From contig NC_134030.1 of assembly GCF_964204645.1 (NCBI RefSeq), forward strand, positions 17,506,210 through 17,570,209: a stretch of DNA of 64,000 bases. Direction: 5' to 3'. Of the stretch, positions 1-11,464 are shown piece by piece (the stretch's first letter is position 1; every line of letters starts with the position of its first letter). The DNA comes from Tubulanus polymorphus. Its lineage: Eukaryota; Animalia; Nemertea. The position numbers and the translations under genes were made by a program. A model generated the notes under the pieces. That model had not been told where the DNA came from. It did not search any database and saw only the letters and a list, made by a program, of their open reading frames with translations.

Positions 1-251
1 AAACATTACGTCAACGCTTGAACAGTCACAAATTTGATATCACACACAAGAAAATGGATAAACCTATCGGCGAACATTTCAATCTTCCGAACCACACCAT
101 CAGTAACCTTAAAGTGACCGCGTTACATAAAATGAACACTTCTAATAAGCATTCGCGCGAAATCATGGAACAAAAACTTATTAAACGAGGTGATACTATT
201 AATCTTGGCCTCAATCGCGATCTAGGATTCATGTCCCACTACAGAATGTAA
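1..251 (+). mobile_element. Penelope-like retroelement, 3' end of the GIY-YIG endonuclease ORF (cut by window edge)
   Basis: Peptide 'HKFDI..KMDKPIGEHFNLPNHTISNLKV...REIMEQKLIKRGDT..LGLNRDLGFMSHY' matches the typical C-terminus of Penelope GIY-YIG domains. Confidence 0.75.
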
Positions 252-459
252 TAAGGGTTTTCTGACTTTCGTCGAAAACCCTCTTGAAATTCTGTTGATT
301 ATTATTATTATATATTTTCCGCCGATTTCGTCGAATAAAATTCATCTTCATCAGATTCGGCAACTGACAGCTTCGAAACGAAATGTATAAGTTGATACTG
401 TAATAACGGTCTCTCTGAACCAACAGATTGTCTGAATGTACTTGTCATTTTTTTTAATT

Positions 460-2237
460 TGTAGCCGATACGCGTCCGCGATTTAGTGTCATCCTCTGGT
501 AGCGACCGATAGGTGTCGTGATCTTCAGGTCTCCTCAATAAGCGTGGCTACAGGGTCCGCCTTGGTCCTGTAGTCCCGCGGAGTGGAACTACAAAGGGGA
601 AATCCTCAGAAAGTTTCCGCCGAAGGGATGGACAGCTTCAGAGACAAAAAGTTTATAGTTCGTAAAAGGGATCGCCAGGAAAAGCACTTTTCGACGCGAA
701 AACGTCGTTCAGCGTGAGAAAAGACGTTTTCGTATCAAATATTCCCCCAATCGGAAAAACGACAATGTCGATGCGTAAAAGCGCTCAAATCGTCAGGAAA
801 AGCACTTTTAGACGCGAAAACGTCGTTCAGCGCGAGAAAAGACGTTTTCGTTTCAAATATTCCCCCTATCGGAAAAACGAAAATGTCGATGCGTGAAAGG
901 GCTCAAATCGTCAGGAAAAGCACTTTTCGACGCGAAAACGTCGTTCAGCGCGAGAAAAGACGTTTTCGTATCAAATATTCCCCCTATACTATAGGAATAG
1001 GAGAGAAGGAAGCGAGTGTCAGAGGTAAGTCTTAGCTATTGACCCAATTACACGGACCAGACAGGACAGGTGTCCGCCATGAGGTCTATCGAGTCAGGGC
1101 CCTTGACTCGATGTCGGAACCTCACAGTCACCCGAGCTCCGGCGCATCTTTTCCTCAGGTCCTCGAGGTGTAACATCATATCGAGTGCCTCCCTGCACGA
1201 TCTCCTCGTCCTGGCGTAGTATCTTGCCCCCATCTATGTGTCTAAAGACACCCCGACACTCGCCACTTCATTAAGAATAAGATTTATAAACCTGGCCTCA
1301 AGAAAGTGGATCCTACTTCGTCCAGAAGCCACCCCCCACGACAGTGATAAGTCTTGTATTGAATAATATAGAAAATTATTATTTCAGAAACGGATAACTA
1401 CTGTATAATTTATATACATATTTACATATTGCACGTGAAGTTTTTATCACAATAATTGAATTGTACACCTCATTCAAATAAAAAAAAAGGTTAAATAAAT
1501 TGTTTCAAAATAAATCATAATCTATCTTAGTTATAAATTATTTATAATCTATAAAAGGGCTAGTGCAAGGATCTCTCCTTCCTTGCAAAAATCCACGATT
1601 AACGACTCAATGGTCGCTAAATTTAGGCCCACGAAGACCCAAAATAATGCTCATGCCATGGCATAAAAGTAAAAAGGTAAAAGGAAAAAGCCGCCAGGTT
1701 GACTATTCCCGATGGATTAAAAATAGGTACATATCGTCGAGTTGACTAACGTCAGAGCCCGGCCTGACCTGGGTTGCCCCAGGCCAGGAGAGCGCGTGTT
1801 ATTGTTTACCTCAAATCAATGTGGGTCGAGACGAGAGTGACGTTTGCGCGCGCTGACCCATTTTTATAGATTCCGCGCAGTGTGACGTCACCGTGCATGG
1901 AGGATGACGTCACACAGCACAAAAACATGGCCGCCGCGCAAAAGCTCCGAGTTTAAAAGTTTAGACGACTGTACAAATAGTAAATCGGGATCTTACATAG
2001 TAGAATAAGGTGAGAGCGAAAAGTGATCAACCTAAAGTTTTGATTGTTAAAAGCTGAAATTAATTATACTACTATATGCAGAGAAAATGAGGTGCACAGA
2101 ATGTGAAATGAAAGGGGCGAGCTAATTATCGCCCAAAAACATTACAATTAAAAAAAATGAGGAGGGCTCCGTAGCGGAAAAACAAACTATACATTAACGA
2201 CAACATTTTAAACTATTTAACAGGAATTTCCGCTACA
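460..2237 (-). repeat. 3' LTR (1778 bp, includes a ~325-bp insertion)
   Basis: Direct repeat of 8364-9816. Preceded on the minus strand by a purine-rich tract. Confidence 0.93.
667..992. repeat. 118-bp tandem repeat (~2.7 copies), present only in the 3' LTR
   Basis: 'caggaaaagcactttt' recurs at 676, 794 and 912. The segment is absent from the LTR at 8364. Confidence 0.9.
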
Positions 2238-2239
2238 CA

Positions 2240-2249
2240 GCCCCCCACC
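2240..2249 (-). promoter_or_regulatory. Polypurine tract
   Basis: GGTGGGGGGC on the minus strand lies just upstream of the 3' LTR. Confidence 0.7.
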
Positions 2250-2379
2250 AGCCCTGAATGTCCCCATTCAGAACAGGCGACCAAACTACATATAAAAAAA
2301 AGGAAAATACATTATCACATAAAATACGTTACATCAACAATATTACATTAACAGTCAGCAGGACTTCTACGATCACGAA

Positions 2380-3229
2380 CTAGGCGCAAAGTTTTTCGAT
2401 CATACGGTCTTTCATCTCTTCTTGAATTGTACAAAATTTGCAGTCAAATCGGTCACCGGGTCGACCCTCAATCGAAATAGTGCCGCCCCACAGTTCATGC
2501 CGGTGAATGACACGAATCGGAACTCACGGATCGCTGGGCGCTGTTGTTGAGTTGTCTAAAGGAATTAGTTTCCACGCGTCGTTTGCGGTGGGCATATCTG
2601 TAGAAACGGAAGATGCGGAATCGGACGGAATCGGAATTTGATTATTAATGGCTACCGGTTCGACGGGTTTCCTCTTACTTATCAATACAGTTCTTGATAC
2701 ATGGTCTTCGTTCACGGACGGTTTCGTAATTGGAACAGAATCGGCAGGTTCTGGAATGACATCGTCGAGGTCATCGAACAATTTGGCAAATTCGATGTCC
2801 ATGTCATCCAAGGTTAGTATCGGCATGTCTGCAAAATTTTCTTCATCTTTCGTTGTCGATTTTACGGCCGCGGGTGCGGGGTCTGTATTTATTTTCGAGA
2901 CCGCGCTTTTTAATACCGGTTTCGACTCCGATTCTTCGAGCAGCTTGATTAAGCTTAGGTATTTCGATCCATTGTCTTTGAAAATCTTATAGTGTTTGGT
3001 TTCTATGTGAGCTTTCACCTCTTCCCGGTCTTCCGCTCCTTCACCGCGCGTCATACATCTATAGAACCTCTTAAATATAAATGGAGACAAACCAGCCCGA
3101 GATTTGTACGGTGCACAATAAAACTCGAGATGTCTCTTCTTGTTGTAATTGGCAGAAAATTTTCGCTTGCAATACTTGCAGTACCAATTTGCGGGTCGTC
3201 GGTTCTCTTTCATTGCGTTAGTCTTCATG
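2380..3229 (-). CDS. Accessory ORF3 of the Gypsy element: C2H2-type zinc-finger protein with one internal stop
   Basis: 'WYCKYCKRKFSANYNKKRHLEFYC' plus a second degenerate finger. The frame stays open for 47 codons past the TGA at 2524-2526 (HRH...CKFC) to a TAG at 2380. The start codon is uncertain. Confidence 0.65.
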
Positions 3230-3277
3230 ACTTCAACTGAAAGGAAAGAAAACAGGCCAGAGATTAGAACAACAGTC

Positions 3278-6200
3278 TCAGTCCCAACCCATGCGTTTGG
3301 GTGGGCGAATAGGACGCCCAGTTCTCGTTTGGTACGGTTGACAGTTGAGATTTGGATCGTCGCTAGGTGAAACATCGTTGCCTCGAGAAAAGACATCATT
3401 AGTTACGAGATACTCTTTTAATCGGTCACTATGGACGCATTTCTCCTTCCCGGAGGGAAGCCTGACACGAAAAATTACATCGTTAAAATTCTCAAGTATG
3501 GTACATGGCCCAGACCATAAGCATGATAGCTTTTTCGTTCTACCCGGCATTGTGGAAGGGGTATACAGCCAGACTCTAGAATCTATCGCAAATGTGTGTG
3601 GTTTAGATTTGACATTGTATTGTGTTTTGTTTCTTTCAGCTCGCTTATGAGTTTGTATGCGGACCTCGTGAAAAGACTCTGATAACCGGTGCTTCATTTC
3701 AATAACGTATTGACTGCTGATGACTGGAATTTCGCAGCGAGGACCACCTGTGATAACGTCAATGGGTAGGTCAATTTCACGACCCAACATCAATCGGTTT
3801 GGGCTAAACCCAGTTGCATCGTGTATCGTCGCCCTGTACGCCATGGTGACGTATGGTAAGTGTTGGTCCCAGTCCATCTGGTTTTCTTCAACCTTAATAG
3901 ACAGACACATTAACAATGTTCGGTTATAACGTTCGATCATTCCATTCGATTGGGGACGAAATGCGGTACTTCTGGTTTTATGGATTTGAAGGAGTTCACA
4001 CACTTCCGCCATCAATTTGGACTGGAAGTTTCGACCTTGGTCCGAATGTATGATTCTGGGGACGCCAAATCGAGTAATAAACTCGTCTACGAGTATCCGG
4101 GCGCAAGTTACTGCTTCTTGGTTCGGAATTGCGTATGCTTCGATCCACTTCGTAAAATAGTCACCAATAACTAATATATAGATGTTTCCATCATATGTTT
4201 CAGGTAATGGACCCAATATATCCATCGATACTCTCTCCATAGGTTGGCCTACCAGATAGTTGTTCATGGGTGCTTTTAATCTACTGGAGGACTTCTTTGA
4301 AGCGCACTTATCACACCCTCTACAGAAACACTTTACGTCATCACCGATACCGTGCCAAAAAAAACGATCGTGAACTAAAAAGAGGGTCTTTTTGACACCA
4401 AAGTGACCCCCGACTGCAGATGAATGAATATGGTCGAGGACTTGCTTCCTAAACTTTTCAGGTAAGATTAATAGAGTTGAGTCCGGGTAACCTTCTCTTC
4501 TCTTTATAATGTGTAAGAGCCCCTCAATCATTTTCAGATCATTCCAGTGGGTCCAATAAAATTTGCAGGCAACACCTTGTGAGGAAACTTGATGCCATCC
4601 GGGACGTTCATCATCTCGGATGTGAGCAAGGACCCATTTCAAGTCTCTTTCTTTCCCCTGTTCTAGTTTCATATTCTCGAGTGACCACTCTGACGACGGT
4701 AAGAACTCGCTGTAGGAATACGGCTTGTCGTTGTGAATTGTCATTTTCTTAACTGCTCGTTTCCTCACAGATATTGGTGTTTGTTTTTCAGAACAGATTC
4801 CTTCAATCCTCTCGCACTGACGACAGGGCATGCGCGATAGAGCATCAGCGTTACCATGGCTTCGACCCAGTCGGTGTACGATGTCGAACTGGTATGCACT
4901 CAGTAGAGATATCCAGCGAGCTACTTGGCCTTCTGGTTCTTTAAACGACATCAGCCACCTCAAGGATGAATGGTCAGTCCGGATTGTGAATTTCTTGTCG
5001 GCAAGGTAATATTTGAACTGTTTTACAAAGGCGACGACAGCTAAAAGCTCCCTGCGGGTCACGCAATAATTCCTCTCGGCTTTCGTTAAACAACGGCTAG
5101 CACAGGCGATAATTCTCTCCTTGCCCTCTTGAACTTGACTGACGACACCTCCAATTGCGAATGCTGACGCATCAGTGTCCAGGATAAACGGTAACCTTGG
5201 ATCGGGAAAAGCCAGAACTGGTGAGTGAGTCAAAATTGACTTCAGCTCACGGAAAGCTTCTTCGCATTGGACATCCCATCTGAATTCCCTCCCCTTTTCC
5301 GTCAGCCGATGAAGAGGTTTTGCAGTTTCAGCGAACCCTTGGCAAAACGACCGATAGTATGATGCTAAACCAAGGAAAGATCGAGTCTCTGTGACGTTTT
5401 TAGGAGTGGGCCAATTCTGGATTATTTCGATTTTGCTTTCTGAACATGATATACCATCAGCGGAGATATGGTGTCCAAGAAAATTGACTGACGTTCTAAA
5501 CAGCTCACATTTCTTAGGTTTTAGTTTTAGGCCAGCCTGTCGCAGACGGTTGAAGACAGTACGTAGGTTGGTCATCATCCCAAGGAAACTACCAGCATGA
5601 ACAATAACGTCGTCCAGGTAAACCAGAGCAATTTCTGGGATAAGACTTCTGAATACCTTTTCCATTAGCCTTTGAAAAGTGGCACCACTATTCTTCAAGC
5701 CCATGGGCATCTTACGGAATTGGTATAGGCCTTTCCCGCCCACAACAAAAGCTGTCTTTTCCTTAGAGTTTTCGTGTACCTTCACCTGCCAGTATCCCGA
5801 TGCTAGATCAAGGGTGCTGAGGTACTTCACGTCAGCCAGTGATCTGATAGTGTCGTTGATAATAGGTAAAGGATAACTATCTGCCTTGGTTACAGCATTA
5901 ACATCACGATAATCTAAACACAGTCGAATAGTGTTATCCGGCTTACGAACCACGACAATACTGCTGCACCACGGACTATCAGATTCTTCAATCACGCGTG
6001 CTTTCAGCATGTCATCGACTAACTTATTGACTTCTTGTGTTGCTAGGGGCAACCGCCGAAAGTGTTGTTTTGTCGGAACAGCGTTACCTACGTCGATGAC
6101 GTGTGAAGTCTCTGAGGCCTCTCCAAGATCTAAATTAGAGGAGGCGAAAACGTCCGAAAATTCAGATAGTAGTTGTTTCACATCGTGACATTCATCAGTG

Positions 6201-7075
6201 GACAGACCTTCGCAACTCCGGTGGTACAAATCTTGTAGAAATTCAGGTAATTGGTCGTTTGAATTCGACGTTTTCGATGTACTAGTTTCAGTATATATTT
6301 TAGAAATTTGTCCGATTACCCCTAAGGGTGTCCCTTTATGAATGATCTTCGGATGCGAGCTAAGGTTCACCATACGAACAGGAATATGACTACTATTTAT
6401 ATTAACGACCTCTTTAGCGACGAGTACTTCTGGCCCTAGCCTCCAGTTGTTGCTAGATTCTATTAAACCCCATTGTCCAGGTGGTAACGCCGTCTTTACA
6501 TGACCCGATACCACAACTTCAGAATTCGGAGGTAAGACTAATTTCTCATAGTTACGAACGTAGGTAGAGTTCTGTTCGAGATGGCCCGTCGGATTAGAAA
6601 AAGCTTGATTCCCCCGGCATGTCACAGTGCCGGTACCCGGGTGGATATGGCAGTCATATGCGACAAGAAAATCCATTCCTAGAATAGCATCATCTGTGAT
6701 GTCAGCGACTATCACGTCCCACATTATGTTAGAAGAAAAGAGACCCAACGGAACTCTAGCTGTCCCTGCGACATCCAGGGAGCTATTATCAGCAGTATAT
6801 AAATTATACTTTGTGTCCCTCAAGGTGAGTTTCTTCTTTTCGCTGATTTCAGAAAATAATTTCTTACTCCACACTGTGAAGTGTGCGCCCGTATCTACTA
6901 AATACTTCGTGTCACGGCCGAGAATTCTTGCAGACAGATGTATAGATTCAGGTAAAGCATTCTCATATGAAAGAACCTTGATCTTTCCTGGCTGATTAAA
7001 TTCGATAGGTAGGTGAGGATGTGTCTGTCCGGGTGTTACCCCTTCCCTCTCAGGAGTAACGGTATCTAGTTTCCC
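3278..7075 (-). CDS. pol: Pol polyprotein (aspartic protease, RT, RNase H, integrase)
   Basis: LVDTGA protease motif; LDLASGYWQ, MPMGL and YLDD RT motifs; DTDAS RNase H; HHCC zinc motif; D-D-E integrase (SMDILG, HSDQG, MIERYN); GPC (GPY-like) motif. Uninterrupted frame. Confidence 0.97.
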   Translation of the reverse strand, partial: GKLDTVTPEREGVTPGQTHPHLPIEFNQPGKIKVLSYENALPESIHLSARILGRDTKYLVDTGAHFTVWSKKLFSEISEKKKLTLRDTKYNLYTADNSSLDVAGTARVPLGLFSSNIMWDVIVADITDDAILGMDFLVAYDCHIHPGTGTVTCRGNQAFSNPTGHLEQNSTYVRNYEKLVLPPNSEVVVSGHVKTALPPGQWGLIESSNNWRLGPEVLVAKEVVNINSSHIPVRMVNLSSHPKIIHKGTPLGVIGQISKIYTETSTSKTSNSNDQLPEFLQDLYHRSCEGLSTDECHDVKQLLSEFSDVFASSNLDLGEASETSHVIDVGNAVPTKQHFRRLPLATQEVNKLVDDMLKARVIEESDSPWCSSIVVVRKPDNTIRLCLDYRDVNAVTKADSYPLPIINDTIRSLADVKYLSTLDLASGYWQVKVHENSKEKTAFVVGGKGLYQFRKMPMGLKNSGATFQRLMEKVFRSLIPEIALVYLDDVIVHAGSFLGMMTNLRTVFNRLRQAGLKLKPKKCELFRTSVNFLGHHISADGISCSESKIEIIQNWPTPKNVTETRSFLGLASYYRSFCQGFAETAKPLHRLTEKGREFRWDVQCEEAFRELKSILTHSPVLAFPDPRLPFILDTDASAFAIGGVVSQVQEGKERIIACASRCLTKAERNYCVTRRELLAVVAFVKQFKYYLADKKFTIRTDHSSLRWLMSFKEPEGQVARWISLLSAYQFDIVHRLGRSHGNADALSRMPCRQCERIEGICSEKQTPISVRKRAVKKMTIHNDKPYSYSEFLPSSEWSLENMKLEQGKERDLKWVLAHIRDDERPGWHQVSSQGVACKFYWTHWNDLKMIEGLLHIIKRREGYPDSTLLILPEKFRKQVLDHIHSSAVGGHFGVKKTLFLVHDRFFWHGIGDDVKCFCRGCDKCASKKSSSRLKAPMNNYLVGQPMERVSMDILGPLPETYDGNIYILVIGDYFTKWIEAYAIPNQEAVTCARILVDEFITRFGVPRIIHSDQGRNFQSKLMAEVCELLQIHKTRSTAFRPQSNGMIERYNRTLLMCLSIKVEENQMDWDQHLPYVTMAYRATIHDATGFSPNRLMLGREIDLPIDVITGGPRCEIPVISSQYVIEMKHRLSESFHEVRIQTHKRAERNKTQYNVKSKPHTFAIDSRVWLYTPSTMPGRTKKLSCLWSGPCTILENFNDVIFRVRLPSGKEKCVHSDRLKEYLVTNDVFSRGNDVSPSDDPNLNCQPYQTRTGRPIRPPKRMGWD
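7010..7075 (-). promoter_or_regulatory. -1 ribosomal frameshift signal (G GGA AAC plus downstream stem)
   Basis: Heptamer GGGAAAC at 7075-7069 sits directly before the gag stop, followed by a GTTACTCC/GGGGTAAC stem. Pol is in the overlapping frame. Confidence 0.75.
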
Positions 7076-8115
7076 TGCTTCTTTGTGTAACTCGACTTGG
7101 ATTGTTCCCATGGTCTATTGGGAGCTTGTCTTCGACCTCCGAGGTGGGGACAATTGACTCGGATGTGGCCCTGTTGGTCGCAGTTAAAACATCTTCGATT
7201 TTCTGCAGAGGTTGGGTTCTGCGTTTTAATAGCCCGGACGTCAGCGGCCAACCGGGTAACAGCATCCGTCAGTTGTTGGATAGCCCTGGAATCATCAGAG
7301 TTCGCGACAGGCGTGGAGGTGACCGCGTTTATTTGCGACCTGACGTTCTCATGGTGTCGATTATTTTCCATCGCGTGTATGCTCTCTAATTCGAGCGCAT
7401 AATTTACCAGTGCATCATATGAGCATGTATCCTTCTGATACATCAGAACCCGAGTCTCGACTTCTGGAAGGGCCTCGATAAAATGGTTCCGACAGAGGCG
7501 TTCCCTCTGTTTTGGGGTCAAGTCCGGATAGGCTAATCTTCCCATAGAAATGATCGTCTGACCAAGTTCCCTCAGCGACTCGCCTCGTTTACGTCGACGA
7601 GATCGTAATTCTGCAAGATGAATTTCTGCTCTATGGCTTGGTCCGAATCTACTCTCCAGAGCTGCACATAATTGAAAATAATTAGTTATTTTATCTCCCA
7701 TCAGATTGCAAGCTAATTGTCTGGCAGCACCACGTAGATGAGAAAACAGCATATCAGCTTTAGTTGGCGAGTCCCATCCATTCAGACGAGACACCGTCTC
7801 GAACGTTAAAAAGTAATCATTCCACGGTTCATCACCATTGTAACACTCAGGTTTTATTTTGCAGGTCAAAATACGGGACACTTGACCCGAAACATCAGTG
7901 TGGGAAGATCGAGACCTGTTCACTTCAACAGGTCGAGGAAACTCATCAACGACTGGAGCATCAGCGGGTCTAGGGGCCCCGGCATCAGGATAGTCTCCAG
8001 AACTTCGGTTTACGAGCTCAGCAGGCAACAAAGCTCTGTCTCCTAGGACCAAACTCTCGGAGCTACGACTCCGCGTCACACTTCGAGACATCCCTCGAGT
8101 TTCACGACGACTCAT
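7066..8115 (-). CDS. gag: Gag with CCHC zinc knuckle
   Basis: 'KPECYNGDEPW...LRGAA...LESRFG' capsid-like region and a CFNCDQQGHIRVNC knuckle. Lies upstream of pol. Confidence 0.92.
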   Translation of the reverse strand: MSRRETRGMSRSVTRSRSSESLVLGDRALLPAELVNRSSGDYPDAGAPRPADAPVVDEFPRPVEVNRSRSSHTDVSGQVSRILTCKIKPECYNGDEPWNDYFLTFETVSRLNGWDSPTKADMLFSHLRGAARQLACNLMGDKITNYFQLCAALESRFGPSHRAEIHLAELRSRRRKRGESLRELGQTIISMGRLAYPDLTPKQRERLCRNHFIEALPEVETRVLMYQKDTCSYDALVNYALELESIHAMENNRHHENVRSQINAVTSTPVANSDDSRAIQQLTDAVTRLAADVRAIKTQNPTSAENRRCFNCDQQGHIRVNCPHLGGRRQAPNRPWEQSKSSYTKKQGN

Positions 8116-8342
8116 AATTGCGTTAATAGTATTTCCGGACTATACGAAAACCTATCGTATTAGATAAGAGAAACTAGAGTCATTTCACGCGTCACGCAAT
8201 TTGTATGTATTTTAGTATAACTAACTAATGCGCCTAATGTTTAAGTGTTATTATATATGGTAATCACTGTCATGGGAAGGGTAAGAGAACCAAAAAAAAA
8301 TAGTGAATTAAAAAAAAAAAAAAAAGTCTCTGAAAGCAATCC

Positions 8343-8360
8343 ATCCCACCGCTGCCACCA
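8343..8360 (-). promoter_or_regulatory. Primer-binding site, tRNA-Leu type
   Basis: TGGTGGCAGCGGTGGGAT begins 3 nt downstream of the 5' LTR. Confidence 0.85.
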
Positions 8361-8363
8361 ATT

Positions 8364-9816
8364 TGTAGCCGATACGCGTCCGCGATTTAGTGTCATCCTC
8401 TGGTAGCGACCGATAGGTGTCGTGATCTTCAGGTCTCCTCAATAAGCGTGGCTACAGGGTCCGCCTTGGTCCTGTAGTCCCGGGGAGTGGAACTACAAAG
8501 GGGAAATCCTCAGAAAGTTTCCGCCGAAGGGATGGACAGCTTCAGAGACAAAAAGTTATAGTTCGTAAAAAAGGAATAGGAGAGGAGGAAGCGAGTGTCA
8601 GGGGTAAGTCTTAGCTATTGACCTAATTACACGGACCAGACAGGACAGGTGTCCGCCATGAGGTCTATCGAGTCAGGGCCCTTGACTCGATGTCGGAACC
8701 TCACAGTCACCCGAGCTCCGGCGCATCTTTTCCTCAGGTCCTCGAGGTGTAACATCATATCGAGTGCCTCCCTGCACGATCTCCTCGTCCTGGCGTAGTA
8801 TCTTGCCCCCATCTATGTGTCTAAAGACACCCCGACACTCGCCACTTCATTAAGAATAAGATTTATAAACCTGGCCTCAAGAAAGTGGATCCTACTTCGT
8901 CCAGAAGCCACCCCCCACGACAGTGATAAGTCTTGTATTGAATAATATAGAAAATTATTATTTCAGAAACGGATAACTACTGTATAATTTATATACATAT
9001 TTACATATTGCACGTGAAGTTTTTATCACAATAATTGAATTGTACACCTCATTCAAATAAAAAAAAAGGTTAAATAAATTGTTTCAAAATAAATCATAAT
9101 CTATCTTAGTTATAAATTATTTATAATCTATAAAAGGGCTAGTGCAAGGATCTCTCCTTCCTTGCAAAAATCCACGATTAACGACTCAATGGTCGCTAAA
9201 TTTAGGCCCACGAAGACCCAAAATAATGCTCATGCCATGGCATAAAAGTAAAAAGGTAAAAGGAAAAAGCCGCCAGGTTGACTATTCCCGATGGATTAAA
9301 AATAGGTACATATCGTCGAGTTGACTAACGTCAGAGCCCGGCCTGACCTGGGTTGCCCCAGGCCAGGAGAGCGCGTGTTATTGTTTACCTCAAATCAATG
9401 TGGGTCGAGACGAGAGTGACGTTTGCGCGCGCTGACCCATTTTTATAGATTCCGCGCAGTGTGACGTCACCGTGCATGGAGGATGACGTCACACAGCACA
9501 AAAACATGGCCGCCGCGCAAAAGCTCCGAGTTTAAAAGTTTAGACGACTGTACAAATAGTAAATCGGGATCTTACATAGTAGAATAAGGTGAGAGCGAAA
9601 AGTGATCAACCTAAAGTTTTGATTGTTAAAAGCTGAAATTAATTATACTACTATATGCAGAGAAAATGAGGTGCACAGAATGTGAAATGAAAGGGGCGAG
9701 CTAATTATCGCCCAAAAACATTACAATTAAAAAAAATGAGGAGGGCTCCGTAGCGGAAAAACAAACTATACATTAACGACAACATTTTAAACTATTTAAC
9801 AGGAATTTCCGCTACA
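8364..9816 (-). repeat. 5' LTR (1453 bp)
   Basis: Direct repeat of 460-2237. Adjacent to the PBS. Confidence 0.93.
9410..9515 (-). promoter_or_regulatory. LTR promoter: TATA box, Inr-like TCACTC, two CRE palindromes, YY1-like motif
   Basis: TATAAAAA at 9447-9440; TGACGTCA at 9462-9469 and 9484-9491; AAACATGGCCGCC near 9502. The same motifs occur at ~1830-1935. Confidence 0.55.
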
Positions 9817-10743
9817 CATCCTATTTGAAACTTAAAATTACTTATTAGGTTACTGTAAATAAAGAATTGAATTGAATTGTAAGACAACAAGCACCGGCGA
9901 AATAACAGTTTGTGACGTCATTTAGTAAGTAAATAAAGGAGGGCTCCGAGAATTTCCAAATCACGGGGACTATACTGGGGTTAGAACATTCAACCAAAAA
10001 GAGGATTGCTCCGATAATATCCAAATCATTTTATTTTTTCCATTGAATACCCGGTAATTAATTTTTCCTTTCGATCACATGCATCCAGAAAACCCGTTAT
10101 CGCTGCTTTGCAGCTACATTTTCGTTTGTTATTCATCGTAACCGGACTTCCATTTCTTCTTATTCGTTGCTCTAAGATACTATCTGTTTATTTTACTTTG
10201 ATAGTTTCATTTTGATTGATTTCTACGCTTCTCACTCAGTACTCTGTAATTAGTGTCCAAAAACTCGGGTAGTAAGTGAGGGTTTAGTAGTGTCTGTGCT
10301 GAACGCCTACACTCTTCTTTACGTCTTTGAGATGAAGAGGTAAATACTATTTATATAAGGCCAAACAAAAAATGTATTCAGCTGTTTCTGGTCAGCGCGC
10401 GCGGTCGATCTAGAACCCCTGCGTAGAACATTTTTTTTTCGGAATCAAAAATCGGCCCGAAATTCGCGCACCATGCGCTAGCGCCATCTAGTCACTGATG
10501 TCGTCAAACGCGGAAGTAAATCCATAGAAGTGTTCACGCAGAAGAACGAAAACGAAACAGGTTCATATGAGTCCAACTATTCATTGCTATTGTCCGGCAA
10601 CAGACCACAATTGGCCTAAAAATAGTACCTAGAGTGAAGAAGAGGTCCCCGATAAATATTGCAATAATTTCTGCGAATGGGATAGGTAACGAATTTCGGT
10701 TAACTTATATTATAATGAATTCCATTGCTTGCAGCCGCCACAG

Positions 10744-11417
10744 CACAGGGGCTCGTATCAGAGTTGTAGGTAATGTAAAAACGATAATCTGTTAATCCAA
10801 TGTATATAGTATATATAAAATAACAAGGGGGCTAACGACGCTCACAAACTACTCAACTTCAGTCGCTTACTTTTTCGTTATTTTTCATCCGATTTTGATA
10901 ATCCAGGCATGATATGAAAGCTAATACCTTCCTGCTTCTAGCGAAACTAATCCCGTCAATTTCCGATGAATAGTTCGTGAATTATATGTCTTTGAACGCG
11001 AAATTAGGGCCGAAATCGCCTGGACCGAAAATGCTATGACGCCAGTTTTTGCCGATTTCGAAATTTAAAACGTTGAGTTCGACACGAAATCTTTCACCGA
11101 TTTTGATGATCGAGGACTTCAAATGCGCAGAATACTCTATATTTTCTAAATATTGCGGTTGTTTCGTTAATCCATACGATCTTCCAGCTTTGAAAACGCG
11201 AATTTCCGATTTTACGTCAATTCACGAACTCCATGCGCGATTGTTAAAATCGGATTATCAAAATCGGATGAAAAATAACGAAAAAGTAAGCGACTGAAGT
11301 TGAGTTGTTTGTGAGCGTCGTTAGCCTCCTTGTTATTTTATATATACTATATACATTGGATTAACAGATTATCATTTTTACATTAGCCTACCTACAACTC
11401 TGATACGAGCCCCTGTG
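10744..11417. mobile_element. MITE with ~165-bp TIRs and an 8-bp TSD (hAT- or P-like)
   Basis: cacaggggctcgtatcagagttgtagg... at the left, its reverse complement ending at 11417. GCAGCCGC flanks both sides (10731-10738 and 11418-11425), with an extra CACAG on the left. Confidence 0.85.
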
Positions 11418-11464
11418 GCAGCCGCAGGGGGGCGTAGCCACCTAACTAAAATTCAATCGTGCGA

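Larger units (their letters stand above)
460..9816 (-). mobile_element. Ty3/Gypsy LTR retrotransposon, near full length
   Basis: Two near-identical LTRs with TGTAGC...GCTACA ends, a PBS, a PPT, gag and pol in PR-RT-RH-IN order. No target-site duplication is visible. Confidence 0.96.

Noticed and set aside
320-362. CTGATGA...GAAA on the minus strand near the first Penelope remnant, as a hammerhead ribozyme
   Set aside because: No stem I or properly placed NUH site, a weak stem II, and antisense to the ORF.
2524-2526. In-frame TGA in ORF3 as selenocysteine or programmed read-through
   Set aside because: No SECIS was recognised. A CGA-to-TGA mutation is simpler.
3345-7973. Plus-strand ORFs overlapping gag and pol
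   Set aside because: These are antisense shadows of the long coding frames, with no recognisable motifs.
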